A stretch of DNA of 51,533 nucleotides from NCBI GenBank assembly GCA_045648365.1, contig JAZRNX010000017.1, forward strand, positions 1-51,533, read 5' to 3'. Below, one piece after another: positions 16,730-25,646 of the stretch (positions are counted from its first letter, which is position 1; every line of letters starts with the position of its first letter). Origin of the DNA: Acutalibacteraceae bacterium. GTDB lineage: Bacteria > Bacillota > Clostridia > Oscillospirales > Acutalibacteraceae. The translations under genes and the position numbers were made by a program. A model generated the notes under the pieces. It had not been told where the DNA came from, ran no database searches, and saw only the letters and a list, made by a program, of their open reading frames with translations.

Positions 16730-17011
16730 TTGCATAAACGAATTATCTTTTTTATTACTGCTTTAATATTATCTTTGTCATTTATAAACATTTTTAAGCA
16801 TAAGGAAAATACCAAACAAACTTACTCAACTTATGTACTAAAATCGTATAGAAACTGTGTAGCCCTTTATAAAAATGAAGAAATTATCGAAATTTATGAT
16901 AATATCGTTTTAAATAATTTACCCGAGAACGATAAAACCGATTTAGAAAATGGAATAGAGTTTGAATGTATTTCTGATGTTGATACAGCTATTCAAGATT
17001 ATGACGGATAA
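16730..17011 (+). CDS. small membrane-anchored hypothetical protein (93 aa)
   Basis: TTG start with GGGAG 7 nt upstream, an N-terminal TM helix (IIFFITALILSLSFINIF), then a small acidic domain. No family was recognised with confidence. Confidence 0.4.
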   Translation: MHKRIIFFITALILSLSFINIFKHKENTKQTYSTYVLKSYRNCVALYKNEEIIEIYDNIVLNNLPENDKTDLENGIEFECISDVDTAIQDYDG

Positions 17012-17086
17012 AATTTCTACTTGAAACTTTTATAAAAGGCAACTATAATGATAAATGATACAAATATTTTTTAAGGAGTAATCATT

Positions 17087-17635
17087 TTGGAAAACGATGC
17101 TTCATCTGCTGGTGTAAATTTGGGCGGACTTTTTGGAATAGCAGAAATTAAAATACTTCTATGCTATATTTATTCTACCATAAACGAACCTATCCCTGCA
17201 AATCAATTAGCAAACCTTCTTCACTATGAAGGCATAGCAAACGGTTTTGAGGTTAGCGATGCTATTGTGTCACTTGTAAAGAGCGGTCAACTTAAACTGC
17301 ACGATGAAAAGGAAGATACATATGTAATAACAGATAACGGCAGAAATGTTGCAGATACCCTCAATACTTCCCTTTCTTTAACGGTTAAAGACCGTGCTTG
17401 TGCCGCTTCTATAAGAATGTTATCAAGATTTAAAAACGCTAAAGAAACCGATATTGTGACAACAAGAGAAAACGGTGCTACCTATGTTACCTGCTCTCTT
17501 CACGACGGTCAAAAACCTTTTATGAGTATTAAGGTTATGGTTACTGATGACGACCAAGCCCGTGTAATTAAGGAATCCTTCTTAGAAGACCCTGCTCAGA
17601 TTTATAAAAAAATTATAAAAATGCTAACAAAATAA
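17087..17635 (+). CDS. hypothetical cytoplasmic protein (possibly DUF4364-like)
   Basis: 182 aa, TTG start with AAGGAG 8 nt upstream, and no TM segments. The family suggestion is from memory only. Confidence 0.4.
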   Translation: MENDASSAGVNLGGLFGIAEIKILLCYIYSTINEPIPANQLANLLHYEGIANGFEVSDAIVSLVKSGQLKLHDEKEDTYVITDNGRNVADTLNTSLSLTVKDRACAASIRMLSRFKNAKETDIVTTRENGATYVTCSLHDGQKPFMSIKVMVTDDDQARVIKESFLEDPAQIYKKIIKMLTK

Positions 17636-17637
17636 TA

Positions 17638-17672
17638 AATCGCAGAATCAATTATGATTCTGCGATTTATTT
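17638..17672. terminator. bidirectional intrinsic terminator
   Basis: AAATCGCAGAATCA-atta-TGATTCTGCGATTT followed by atTTTT. It lies between convergent genes. Confidence 0.75.
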
Positions 17673-18833
17673 TTATATAACTCTTACTTTAATTACACCA
17701 TCAACTGAGGAAATTTTTGCAACAATATCTTCTTTGTCAATATCATCAACATCAAGCATTGTATAAGCATAATCGCCGCGTGACTTATTAAGCATATTCT
17801 CAATGTTAATACCGTCACCTGCGACAATACCTGTTATAGAGGTAATCATATTTGGAATATTTTTGTGAATTACGCAAACACGGTTATCACCGCTTCTGGG
17901 CATAGAAATTTCGGGAAGATTAACAGAATTAACAATGTTTCCGTTTTCAATATAATCAATAAGTTCTGCAGCAGCCATAGCAGCGCAATTATCTTCGGAT
18001 TCAGGTGTAGAAGCACCAAGGTGAGGAATTGCAATAACACCGTCTACACAAAGAAGTTCATCTGTTGGGAAATCGGTAACATAAGAAGCAACCTTACCGG
18101 ATTCTAAAGCGGCCTTTATATCCTCAGAGTTAACAAGAGCTGCGCGTGAGAAATTAAGAATTCTTACGCCATCTTTCATCTTAGCAATAACATCTGCATT
18201 AATAAGATTCTTTGTAGAATCAGTCAAGGGCACATGAACGGTAATATAATCACACTGCTCATAAATCTCTTTAATATCATAGATATGAACAGCATTATGA
18301 GTAAGATTCCAAGCGGAATTCACAGAAAGATATGGGTCATAACCCAAAACCTTCATACCAAGATGATTTGCAGCATTAGCAACAAGAACACCAATGGCAC
18401 CAAGTCCAATTACACCAAGCTTTTTACCCTTAAGTTCAGGACCTGCAAAGGCGCCCTTACCTTTTTCAACGAGTTTGCCAACTTCAGCGCCTTGACCCTT
18501 AAGAGTTTTTGCCCACTCTATTGCAGGGATAACTCTACGAGAGCCTATGAATAAACCAGCCAAAACAAGCTCTTTAACAGCGTTCGCATTGGCGCCGGGG
18601 GTATTAAAAACCACTATGCCCTCTTGGGAACAACGGTCAATAGGAATATTGTTTACGCCTGCACCTGCGCGTGCGATAGCTTTAAGCGATTCAGGGAATT
18701 CAACATCGTGAAGAGCGGCGGAACGGACAATGGCACCATCCGCGTTTTCAACTTCATCACCTACGGTATACTTATCATCAAAAACCTCTAAACCGCTTTT
18801 AGAAATTTTATTATATGTTTTAATCTTGAACAT
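17673..18833 (-). CDS. serA: D-3-phosphoglycerate dehydrogenase (with C-terminal ACT domain)
   Basis: NAD-binding GLGAIG motif, 2-hydroxyacid dehydrogenase catalytic residues (RAALV, HLGAST) and a C-terminal ACT-like ~70 aa. A TAATG overlap with serC suggests coupling. Confidence 0.9.
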   Translation of the reverse strand: MFKIKTYNKISKSGLEVFDDKYTVGDEVENADGAIVRSAALHDVEFPESLKAIARAGAGVNNIPIDRCSQEGIVVFNTPGANANAVKELVLAGLFIGSRRVIPAIEWAKTLKGQGAEVGKLVEKGKGAFAGPELKGKKLGVIGLGAIGVLVANAANHLGMKVLGYDPYLSVNSAWNLTHNAVHIYDIKEIYEQCDYITVHVPLTDSTKNLINADVIAKMKDGVRILNFSRAALVNSEDIKAALESGKVASYVTDFPTDELLCVDGVIAIPHLGASTPESEDNCAAMAAAELIDYIENGNIVNSVNLPEISMPRSGDNRVCVIHKNIPNMITSITGIVAGDGINIENMLNKSRGDYAYTMLDVDDIDKEDIVAKISSVDGVIKVRVI

Positions 18834-19915
18834 TAGAGATTCTCCTCTTCAAATTTCTTCATAAACTCAACAAGTTTCTCAACGCCTTCAATGGGCATAG
18901 CGTTATAGATGGAAGCTCTCATACCGCCAACACTTCTATGACCCTTGATATTTACAAAACCTGCCGCCTTTGCCTCGGAAACAAATTTTGCATCAAGCTC
19001 ATCGTTGCCTGTAACGAAAGGAACATTCATAAGAGAACGGTCTTCCTTGACAACGGTACCTTTAAATAACTTGCTGTTATCGAGGAAGTTATAAAGAACG
19101 GCAGCTTTCTTCTCATTATACTCCTTCATTGCTTCAAGTCCGCCCATTTTTTTAATCCACTTTAATGTAAGACCGGCAATATAAATGGAATAACAAGGAG
19201 GAGTATTGAACATTGAGCCATTTTCAGCGTGAGTTACATAATTAAGCATTGTAGGAGTGAAATCCATAGCATTACCTAAAAGGTCCTCACGAATAATAAC
19301 AATAGTAACACCTGCGGGTGCAACATTCTTTTGTGCGCCTGCATAGAGCATACCAAATTTAGAAACATCAACAGGCTCAGACAAAATGCAACTTGAAATA
19401 TCAGCAACAAGCGGAACGTTGCCGGTTTCGGGCAACTCATTATATTTCGTACCGTAGATAGTATTGTTCATACAAATATGAACGAAATCTGCTTCAGGGT
19501 CAAAATCTTTGGCAGTCGTTTTAGGAATATATGAATATGTCTTATCTGCAGAAGAAGCAACAGCGCGAGCTTCACCGTAACGAGCAGCCTCTTTATATGC
19601 CTTATTAGCCCATTGACCAGTAATAATAAAGTCTGCCTTCTTATTTTTATTCATAAGGTTAAGAGGAATCATTGCAAACTGGGTTGAAGCACCACCCTGC
19701 AAGAAAAGAACCTTATAATTATCGGGAATATTCATTACTTCACGAAGATTTGCTTCGGTTTCATCAAAAATTGCTTGATACTCTTTGCTACGGTGTGACA
19801 TCTCCATCACTGACTGACCAGAAGTGCCAAACTCCATCATTTCATCAGCGGCTGTTTTTAAAACCTCCTCTGGTAACATAGAAGGACCCGCACTAAAATT
19901 ATAAACTCTTGCCAT
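18833..19915 (-). CDS. serC: phosphoserine aminotransferase
   Basis: N-terminal YNFSAGPSMLP and a PLP-lysine region (GAQKNVAPAG). It is about 360 aa from ATG 19915, which has GGAGGT upstream; the track start 19960 is over-extended. Confidence 0.9.
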   Translation of the reverse strand: MARVYNFSAGPSMLPEEVLKTAADEMMEFGTSGQSVMEMSHRSKEYQAIFDETEANLREVMNIPDNYKVLFLQGGASTQFAMIPLNLMNKNKKADFIITGQWANKAYKEAARYGEARAVASSADKTYSYIPKTTAKDFDPEADFVHICMNNTIYGTKYNELPETGNVPLVADISSCILSEPVDVSKFGMLYAGAQKNVAPAGVTIVIIREDLLGNAMDFTPTMLNYVTHAENGSMFNTPPCYSIYIAGLTLKWIKKMGGLEAMKEYNEKKAAVLYNFLDNSKLFKGTVVKEDRSLMNVPFVTGNDELDAKFVSEAKAAGFVNIKGHRSVGGMRASIYNAMPIEGVEKLVEFMKKFEEENL

Positions 19916-19949
19916 AACCATTACCTCCGTTGGCATAAATGTTGTTACC

Positions 19950-19978
19950 ATTATATTCATTCATTATAGTAAAGTCAA
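19950..19978 (-). promoter_or_regulatory. near-consensus sigma-A promoter of serC-serA
   Basis: The minus strand reads TTGACT-N17-TATAAT, leaving a leader of about 30 nt. Confidence 0.55.
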
Positions 19979-20061
19979 TAGTATTGTTAAATATTTGTCA
20001 ATAATTTTTCGAAAAACTATGTCGCGTTAAAGTATTTTGTGATTTTTTTAACAATACTGGA

Positions 20062-20098
20062 CAAAAAACAAAGAGCAGAGATACTTCACTGCTCTTTT
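20062..20098 (-). terminator. intrinsic terminator after fba
   Basis: AAAGAGCAG-N10-CTGCTCTTT followed on the minus strand by gTTTTTTg. Confidence 0.7.
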
Positions 20099-20119
20099 AC
20101 TAAGTTTAAATCTAGCAAA

Positions 20120-20983
20120 TTACGCCTTGCCAACCGAACCGAAAAGTTCCATTTTCTCCTTAACGGTAGCTTTAATAGCTTCTACACCAGGGGCAAGAAC
20201 TTTACGGGGGTCGAATCCCTTACCAATAAGGTCTTTTCCCTCTTCGATATACTTACGTGTAGCTTCAGCGAAAGCAAGCTGACATTCGGTATTTACATTG
20301 ATTTTAGAAACGCCTAAAGAAATGGCCTTTTTAATCATATCAGCAGGGATACCTGTACCGCCGTGAAGAACGAGAGGCATAGTTCCTGTAAGCTGCTGAA
20401 TAGCATCAAGAGTATCAAAACTGAGACCTGCCCAATTTTCAGGATATTTACCGTGAATATTACCAATGCCAGCTGCGAGCATAGTAACACCTAAATCAGC
20501 AATCATCTTGCACTCTTCGGGATCAGCAACTTCACCGCTACCAACAACGCCATCTTCCTCTCCACCGATAGCGCCAACTTCAGCTTCAAGAGAAAGACCT
20601 AATTCATCACAGATGCCTACAAGTTCTTTTGTTTTTGCAATATTTTCTTCAATGGGATAATGTGAGCCATCAAACATTACAGATGAAAAACCTGCCTCAA
20701 TACAAGCTTTTGCACCTTCATAACTACCGTGGTCAAGGTGTAAAGCTACGGGAACGGTAATTCCAAGTTCATTAATCATACCGTTTACCATACCAACAAC
20801 GGTGGTGTAACCGCACATATATTTACCTGCGCCCTCGGAAACACCGAGAATAACGGGAGAATTAAGCTCCTGAGCGGTAAGAAGAATGGCTTTAGTCCAT
20901 TCAAGGTTATTGATGTTAAATTGGCCTACAGCATATTTGCCGGCCTTTGCTTTGTTGAGCATTTCTTTTGCAGATACCAACAT
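20120..20983 (-). CDS. fba: class II fructose-1,6-bisphosphate aldolase
   Basis: 287 aa with hallmark motifs (FNINNLEW, HLDHG, HGGTG/SG). Confidence 0.95.
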   Translation of the reverse strand: MLVSAKEMLNKAKAGKYAVGQFNINNLEWTKAILLTAQELNSPVILGVSEGAGKYMCGYTTVVGMVNGMINELGITVPVALHLDHGSYEGAKACIEAGFSSVMFDGSHYPIEENIAKTKELVGICDELGLSLEAEVGAIGGEEDGVVGSGEVADPEECKMIADLGVTMLAAGIGNIHGKYPENWAGLSFDTLDAIQQLTGTMPLVLHGGTGIPADMIKKAISLGVSKINVNTECQLAFAEATRKYIEEGKDLIGKGFDPRKVLAPGVEAIKATVKEKMELFGSVGKA

Positions 20984-21054
20984 TTAATTTTCCTCCATTT
21001 GTTAAAAAATTATCTAATGGCTATTGTATAACAAACAGCGCATAAAATCAAGTA

Positions 21055-21909
21055 TTATTTTTTGGACTTCAATGCTGGGTCGGGTGTAACCTTCTCGGGC
21101 GGAACTTCAAGAAGTTCGGGATGACGCAGATAATGGCTAAGCCTTCTAAACGCCATTGCAAAATATGCGCCCGAAGCAATTCGTTCATCCATTACAACGC
21201 CCAGAGGCATACACTTTTCAAAAAATATTTCATCACCCTTACGCCTAGGCACTTCACGGGTGTTACCCATTGTGATAAACACACTGGTAGTACCGAACTC
21301 ATAACAATGGTGATAAATATGATTTGTTCTGATAGAAGCCAAATTGGAAATTCCCAAACTCATATGGAAGGGCGACATATCAATAATCGCCTTGGGTAAT
21401 AAGCCATATTTATCCAAAAATTTAAACAAACTAACGCCCACAGGCAAAATACCTGGTACACTCAAAAGGAACTTGATAATCTTCTCTGTGCCGTTATTTT
21501 CAGCAGCATATCTATTAGATTCAACATATTCGTTAATAATATCGTTAACTTCATAAACCGTGTTTGCAGGATTAAAATACATTTTAGACATTGTGCCATG
21601 TTCTGCATTACCTGCCTTTAAAACAACCATACCAACGGCAAGTTCGTTTCTCGCATAAGGTTTTTTATTAACTATAAAACGATTAAGTTCGGGATACTCC
21701 GAAACAACCCTGATATAAGCAGAAAGGATAACTGCCATATGACTCATACTTATTCCCTGCTTACGCTTTTCGTTCAAAAAGCATTGAATTGGTTCTACTG
21801 GTATATCAACGGTAATCATATTCATAGAATCAGTACGCTTATTCATTATATAAGAAGCGACTGTATACATAGGGTCGATATTTCTAAGCCTTTTTCCATC
21901 AGCTCTCAT
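21055..21909 (-). CDS. stand-alone acyltransferase resembling the 2-oxoacid dehydrogenase E2 / CAT-like catalytic domain
   Basis: About 284 aa from ATG 21909 (GGAGGT 6 nt upstream). The C-terminal VVMDERIASGAYFAMAF resembles the DHRxxDG active-site region of E2 catalytic domains, with H replaced by E. There are no lipoyl or E3-binding domains. Confidence 0.5.
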   Translation of the reverse strand: MRADGKRLRNIDPMYTVASYIMNKRTDSMNMITVDIPVEPIQCFLNEKRKQGISMSHMAVILSAYIRVVSEYPELNRFIVNKKPYARNELAVGMVVLKAGNAEHGTMSKMYFNPANTVYEVNDIINEYVESNRYAAENNGTEKIIKFLLSVPGILPVGVSLFKFLDKYGLLPKAIIDMSPFHMSLGISNLASIRTNHIYHHCYEFGTTSVFITMGNTREVPRRKGDEIFFEKCMPLGVVMDERIASGAYFAMAFRRLSHYLRHPELLEVPPEKVTPDPALKSKK

Positions 21910-21998
21910 GATTAGACCTCCAAAAAACAATTTACTGTATAATTCTATCATATTCGACCGATTTTTTCAATATTTTTTTAACAAATTATGAACAAATA

Positions 21999-22598
21999 TT
22001 ATCTTTTCGAAAAAACACAACCGCAATAATCCTGTCTATATAATGAATATTCCTTAGATAGTTCAATAGACCTTAAATATCCGCCTTTTTTCTTAAAATC
22101 AGAAAAAAGATACTTAACGCCAACTTCTTTTGCACATTGTTCGCCAATCATATTAAGCATTGTAGCGTTCTTAAGAGGGCTGATTGAGAGTGTTGTTGTA
22201 AAATAATCAAAGTTGTGTTCCTTGGCAAATTTCGCAGTTTCTTCCAGTCTTAGACGGAAACAGATTTCGCATCGCTTTCCACCCTCTTTTTCTTTTTCAT
22301 AACCTTTTATTGCGGAATAGAATTTCTCAGTATTATGCCGCGGCGAAATAACTGAAATTGGATTCTTACATTTTAATTCGCACACCAGACGCTTTTGTTC
22401 CTCCAATCTGCGGTTATACTCATCGTATTCAATATTAGGATTAAAATAAAGAACAGTAATCTCAAAATATTCAGATAAGTATTCGAGACAGTAACTCGAA
22501 CAAGGCGCACAACAACTATGCAATAGTAGTTTGGGCACAATGCCTTCATGTTTAATTTTTTCAAGTTCTTTTTCAAGAATCAACTGATAATTTTTCAT
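21999..22598 (-). CDS. queH: epoxyqueuosine reductase QueH (DUF208)
   Basis: LLHSCCAPCSSY near the N-terminus plus later Cys motifs (CEIC, YCGC), and a size of about 200 aa. Confidence 0.85.
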   Translation of the reverse strand: MKNYQLILEKELEKIKHEGIVPKLLLHSCCAPCSSYCLEYLSEYFEITVLYFNPNIEYDEYNRRLEEQKRLVCELKCKNPISVISPRHNTEKFYSAIKGYEKEKEGGKRCEICFRLRLEETAKFAKEHNFDYFTTTLSISPLKNATMLNMIGEQCAKEVGVKYLFSDFKKKGGYLRSIELSKEYSLYRQDYCGCVFSKR

Positions 22599-22605
22599 AA
22601 ATAAT

Positions 22606-22630
22606 CCTTACATATAAGCCGCCACTTTGA
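22606..22630 (-). terminator. hairpin after the transporter gene (weak T tail)
   Basis: AAGCCGCCAC-tttga-GTGGCGGCTT, a GC-rich 10-bp stem. The downstream tract is only moderately T-rich. Confidence 0.5.
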
Positions 22631-22644
22631 GTGGCGGCTTATAA

Positions 22645-24027
22645 TTATTTTTTCTTTTTAAATATTTTTGACCTAAACAGTATTAAATTCATAACAACCA
22701 ATAAACCAAAGAGAACTATTAGAGTTAAAATTGGTTTTTCGGGTGCTAATTTCGCTAAAAGCATTATGGGAAAACCGAAAACAATTGCAGGGAAATTTTG
22801 ATAAACAAGGTTATCTGCCGCAGGCGTTTTGAAATCTTTATCAATTTCGCGAAGGAGAATAATACCTGTACTTGCAGTTCCTGTCAACATACCGTACATA
22901 GTAAGAAATTGTTCATCAGCGTAATCTTTAAATAATGTTTTAGCAACATATAGATTATATATGTATGTAACCACCATACCAAGAACCGAAAGAATAAGAA
23001 CAATTCCCCAATAATCTTTAAGAATTCCGAGACGAATTGCAGCAATACTTGCAACAACCATTATATCGTAAAACAAATTACTAATACGCGTCATCAAAAA
23101 ATCGTTAGTATATTCCTTTTCTACGATTTTTGCTTTTTTAAGTAGATTAAGCACTAATTTTATTAATGTAGCAGACAATACACCAATAAGGAAGTTAAAA
23201 CCGTATATGACTGATTTCATCGAAGGAATAAGTTGGCCGAGTAACACCATCAGTAAATAGGTAACGAAATATGCTAAAAACACAAACGCGATTTGAATAG
23301 TTATTTTATCAATACTACCCTGCATAGGAATTTCGTTTTTAGATTGTATATTTTCAGAGCTTAAAACTTCATCTGCATCCTTACCTGTTATTGTGATTTT
23401 CTTTTTGCGCTTGAGAATGTTAAGATGAAAAACACCACCGATACTAGCACAAAGAAAACCAACAGAAGCAATAATAAGACCGAAACTTGCACCGTTAACA
23501 AAACTGTGTTCGGTTTCGTAGATAGTGCCGTAATTAAGTGCCTGACCAGGTCCTTGTCCAAAACCGAAAGGTAAAATTATACCTGCTGCAGCAAAGAATC
23601 CTGAAAGCACTTTTGCAGCAATTATAGTAACACCGAGTCCTATAACACCTTGGATTAAATATGTCGATACCGTTGTAACACCGGTGTTAAAAATTTCATT
23701 AGTTCTGCCTTTGGAAAGTTTACCCTTTGATGCTTTAAATGTTGAGGCGATAAATCCTAGCGCTAACGCGTGATATGTAATTATTTCAAGAGTCGCTATT
23801 CCGTTTCCGCCAAAAAATTCCGCGTTAAACATAACCTCACCGGTAACAAGTTTGTAAATACCGGCTATTATCAGAAGTATTGCGCCACCTAAAACCGAAT
23901 TAGGAATAAGCGAAACTTTGAAAAATTTAATTCTTCTTTTTAAAATGTTAGCGCAAAGCAGACTCATTAGCAAAACTGCAAATAAATTAACTACGCCCCA
24001 AACCTTAAAGTCCCAAAAATTCTCCAT
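22645..24027 (-). CDS. sodium/glutamate symporter (GltS/ESS family)-like membrane transporter
   Basis: 460 aa with at least 10 TM helices. The N-terminal IPNSVLGGAILL resembles the GltS IPxPVxGG motif. A strong RBS (GGAGGA) is present, and the ATG lies inside the last 23 nt of the upstream acyltransferase gene. Confidence 0.55.
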   Translation of the reverse strand: MENFWDFKVWGVVNLFAVLLMSLLCANILKRRIKFFKVSLIPNSVLGGAILLIIAGIYKLVTGEVMFNAEFFGGNGIATLEIITYHALALGFIASTFKASKGKLSKGRTNEIFNTGVTTVSTYLIQGVIGLGVTIIAAKVLSGFFAAAGIILPFGFGQGPGQALNYGTIYETEHSFVNGASFGLIIASVGFLCASIGGVFHLNILKRKKKITITGKDADEVLSSENIQSKNEIPMQGSIDKITIQIAFVFLAYFVTYLLMVLLGQLIPSMKSVIYGFNFLIGVLSATLIKLVLNLLKKAKIVEKEYTNDFLMTRISNLFYDIMVVASIAAIRLGILKDYWGIVLILSVLGMVVTYIYNLYVAKTLFKDYADEQFLTMYGMLTGTASTGIILLREIDKDFKTPAADNLVYQNFPAIVFGFPIMLLAKLAPEKPILTLIVLFGLLVVMNLILFRSKIFKKKK

Positions 24028-25198
24028 TTTTATCCTCCGAATTTGAATTTTTATATCTGAAGTAAAAATTCATATATTTTAGACCATTGAATCTTTTATC
24101 GCCTTTTATCTGATATAAAGCCTCATCAGTATAAATATTAAGTTTATTTTTACCTAAAATCGTAATAGCATTTATATCATCAAAATTGAATACCATATCG
24201 CCAACAGTGATTTTGTTGCCGTAAAGTGATAACATTATATTTTTTTCTAAAATTTCCTTATTTTTATAAACATTAACCTTTAAAAAGGTGATTTCATCGG
24301 TGTATATCGGCGAATCATTGTACTGAGAAATATCAAGATTATTGATAAAATCACATTGGTAATCATACCAATCACCAACGAATTTAAAAGGAAATTTGAA
24401 TCCGATACCATCAAGTTTTTTGTTCTCTAGGTATTCAATTTCTCGGCCGCATTTTTGACACTTTATAATATTACCGTTACTTACGAAAGTGGAAAGGTCA
24501 CAATACGGACAAACATATACCAATCTTTCCAAAAACTCTGCAGATTTTTTATGATAATATTGGCCGTCAACCTTTACTTCGTTGACATCAAGTCCCTCTT
24601 TGATTACAGAATATAAAACTTCATTAGACATATCTTTATATTCATCGGGTTCAATTACCTTATAAACATAACCCCGCATCTTGCCTTTACGAACAACATC
24701 ACTCCATCTTGGATGAACACCGTATCCACCCTCAATTCTATAAAGTGCGATAGGTAACTTCAATTTTTTCGCTAAAGGTGCTATGGCAGGATTTATATAA
24801 ACAGGTTTGCCATCATATGTACGGTTGCCCTCGGGAGCCAATGCAATAGTGCCACCTTCGCGAGCTAATCGGATGCAGTTCATAACCGCCGAAGCGTCTG
24901 TTGTCTGTTTTCTAATAGGAATAGGTGCTACAACATATTTAATGAGGCGGGAAACCCAACCCATAGAAAACAAATCTTCACTGGCAACATAATAAACAGG
25001 GCCCTTAAAAGCCATACCAACAAAAAATTGGTCAAAAGCAGTCTGATGATTAAAGAGAATTAAATAGGGGCGCTTTCCCTGCTCTTTAAACTTTTCAACC
25101 TTAATTCCATATTTAATGCGGGAATAAGGATAAAGCACCAAAAAAGCCAAATTTCTGACTACTTTATGTCTAAATTTCATCCATTTCTTTTTAGCCAT
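24005..25198 (-). CDS. lysophospholipid (PlsC-type) acyltransferase with extra C-terminal Zn-ribbon-containing domain
   Basis: HX4D motif NHQTAFD and PEGNRT motif in the first ~200 aa. The C-terminal ~200 aa contain CPYC...CQKC. Confidence 0.75.
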   Translation of the reverse strand: MAKKKWMKFRHKVVRNLAFLVLYPYSRIKYGIKVEKFKEQGKRPYLILFNHQTAFDQFFVGMAFKGPVYYVASEDLFSMGWVSRLIKYVVAPIPIRKQTTDASAVMNCIRLAREGGTIALAPEGNRTYDGKPVYINPAIAPLAKKLKLPIALYRIEGGYGVHPRWSDVVRKGKMRGYVYKVIEPDEYKDMSNEVLYSVIKEGLDVNEVKVDGQYYHKKSAEFLERLVYVCPYCDLSTFVSNGNIIKCQKCGREIEYLENKKLDGIGFKFPFKFVGDWYDYQCDFINNLDISQYNDSPIYTDEITFLKVNVYKNKEILEKNIMLSLYGNKITVGDMVFNFDDINAITILGKNKLNIYTDEALYQIKGDKRFNGLKYMNFYFRYKNSNSEDKNGEFLGL

Positions 25199-25261
25199 AC
25201 AGATACACCTTAAAAGTAAAATATATATGTATTATACTATACTTACATATTAATATCAAGA

Positions 25262-25291
25262 AATAAAAAAAAGAGCTGCGAGCAGCTCTTT
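25262..25291 (-). terminator. intrinsic terminator after spoVM
   Basis: AAGAGCTGC-gag-GCAGCTCTT followed on the minus strand by a T8 run. Confidence 0.75.
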
Positions 25292-25373
25292 ATGTATTTT
25301 GCTTTTTGATACCGAAAATCATTCTGAGTAATCCGCCTACAATACCGTGACCTTTAATAAGTACTACCTTCAT
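25290..25373 (-). CDS. spoVM: stage V sporulation protein M-like peptide (27 aa; not in the ORF track)
   Basis: GGAGG lies 6 nt upstream of ATG 25373. Translation is MKVVLIKGHGIVGGLLRMIFGIKKQNT*. Length, the MK..(T/L)IK start, the central GG and the basic amphipathic tail parallel B. subtilis SpoVM (MKFYTIKLPKFLGGIVRAMLGSFRKD, recalled from memory). Confidence 0.6.
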   Translation of the reverse strand: MKVVLIKGHGIVGGLLRMIFGIKKQNT

Positions 25374-25388
25374 ATAATGCCTCCGTTC

Positions 25389-25532
25389 TTATTTTGAGCA
25401 AGAAAAACCTAAAATAATGACCCACACAGCCAAAACGGCTACCAAAAATCGCGGAGGGCAAAAGCAACTGATAAGGAGACCCACCGCAAAGGTTACACCA
25501 ACAATTCCCTTATTAAAATTGCATCTTCTCAT
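25389..25532 (-). CDS. 47-aa Cys-containing small membrane protein (not in the ORF track)
   Basis: GGGAGGG lies 7 nt upstream of ATG 25532. Translation is MRRCNFNKGIVGVTFAVGLLISCFCPPRFLVAVLAVWVIILGFSCSK*, with two predicted TM helices. Its stop is about 12 nt before the spoVM RBS, so the two appear to share an operon. Confidence 0.45.
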   Translation of the reverse strand: MRRCNFNKGIVGVTFAVGLLISCFCPPRFLVAVLAVWVIILGFSCSK

Positions 25533-25602
25533 ATTTTTCCCTCCCGATATTACATAATATAATTTTAAAGATAAAATGTTACTTTTTTATTTAAAAAGCA
25601 AA

Positions 25603-25636
25603 TAAAAAAACAGAACAGCCGCAAATTTGCGGCTGT
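25603..25636 (-). terminator. intrinsic terminator after the glycosidase gene
   Basis: Perfect palindrome ACAGCCGCAAATTTGCGGCTGT followed on the minus strand by tcTGTTTTTTT. Confidence 0.75.
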
Positions 25637-25646
25637 TTTAAATTTA

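Noticed and set aside
19916-19960. N-terminal extensions in the ORF track: serC 19960, PBP 16648, E2-like 21951, recO 7800, yqfD 11587, pepP 33889, lipoprotein 14297, alaS 32720, PRT 29717 and ytfI-like 35426.
   Set aside because: Each extension begins at a non-ATG codon or lacks an RBS. In every case an internal ATG with a good GGAGG-type RBS gives an N-terminus matching the family norm.
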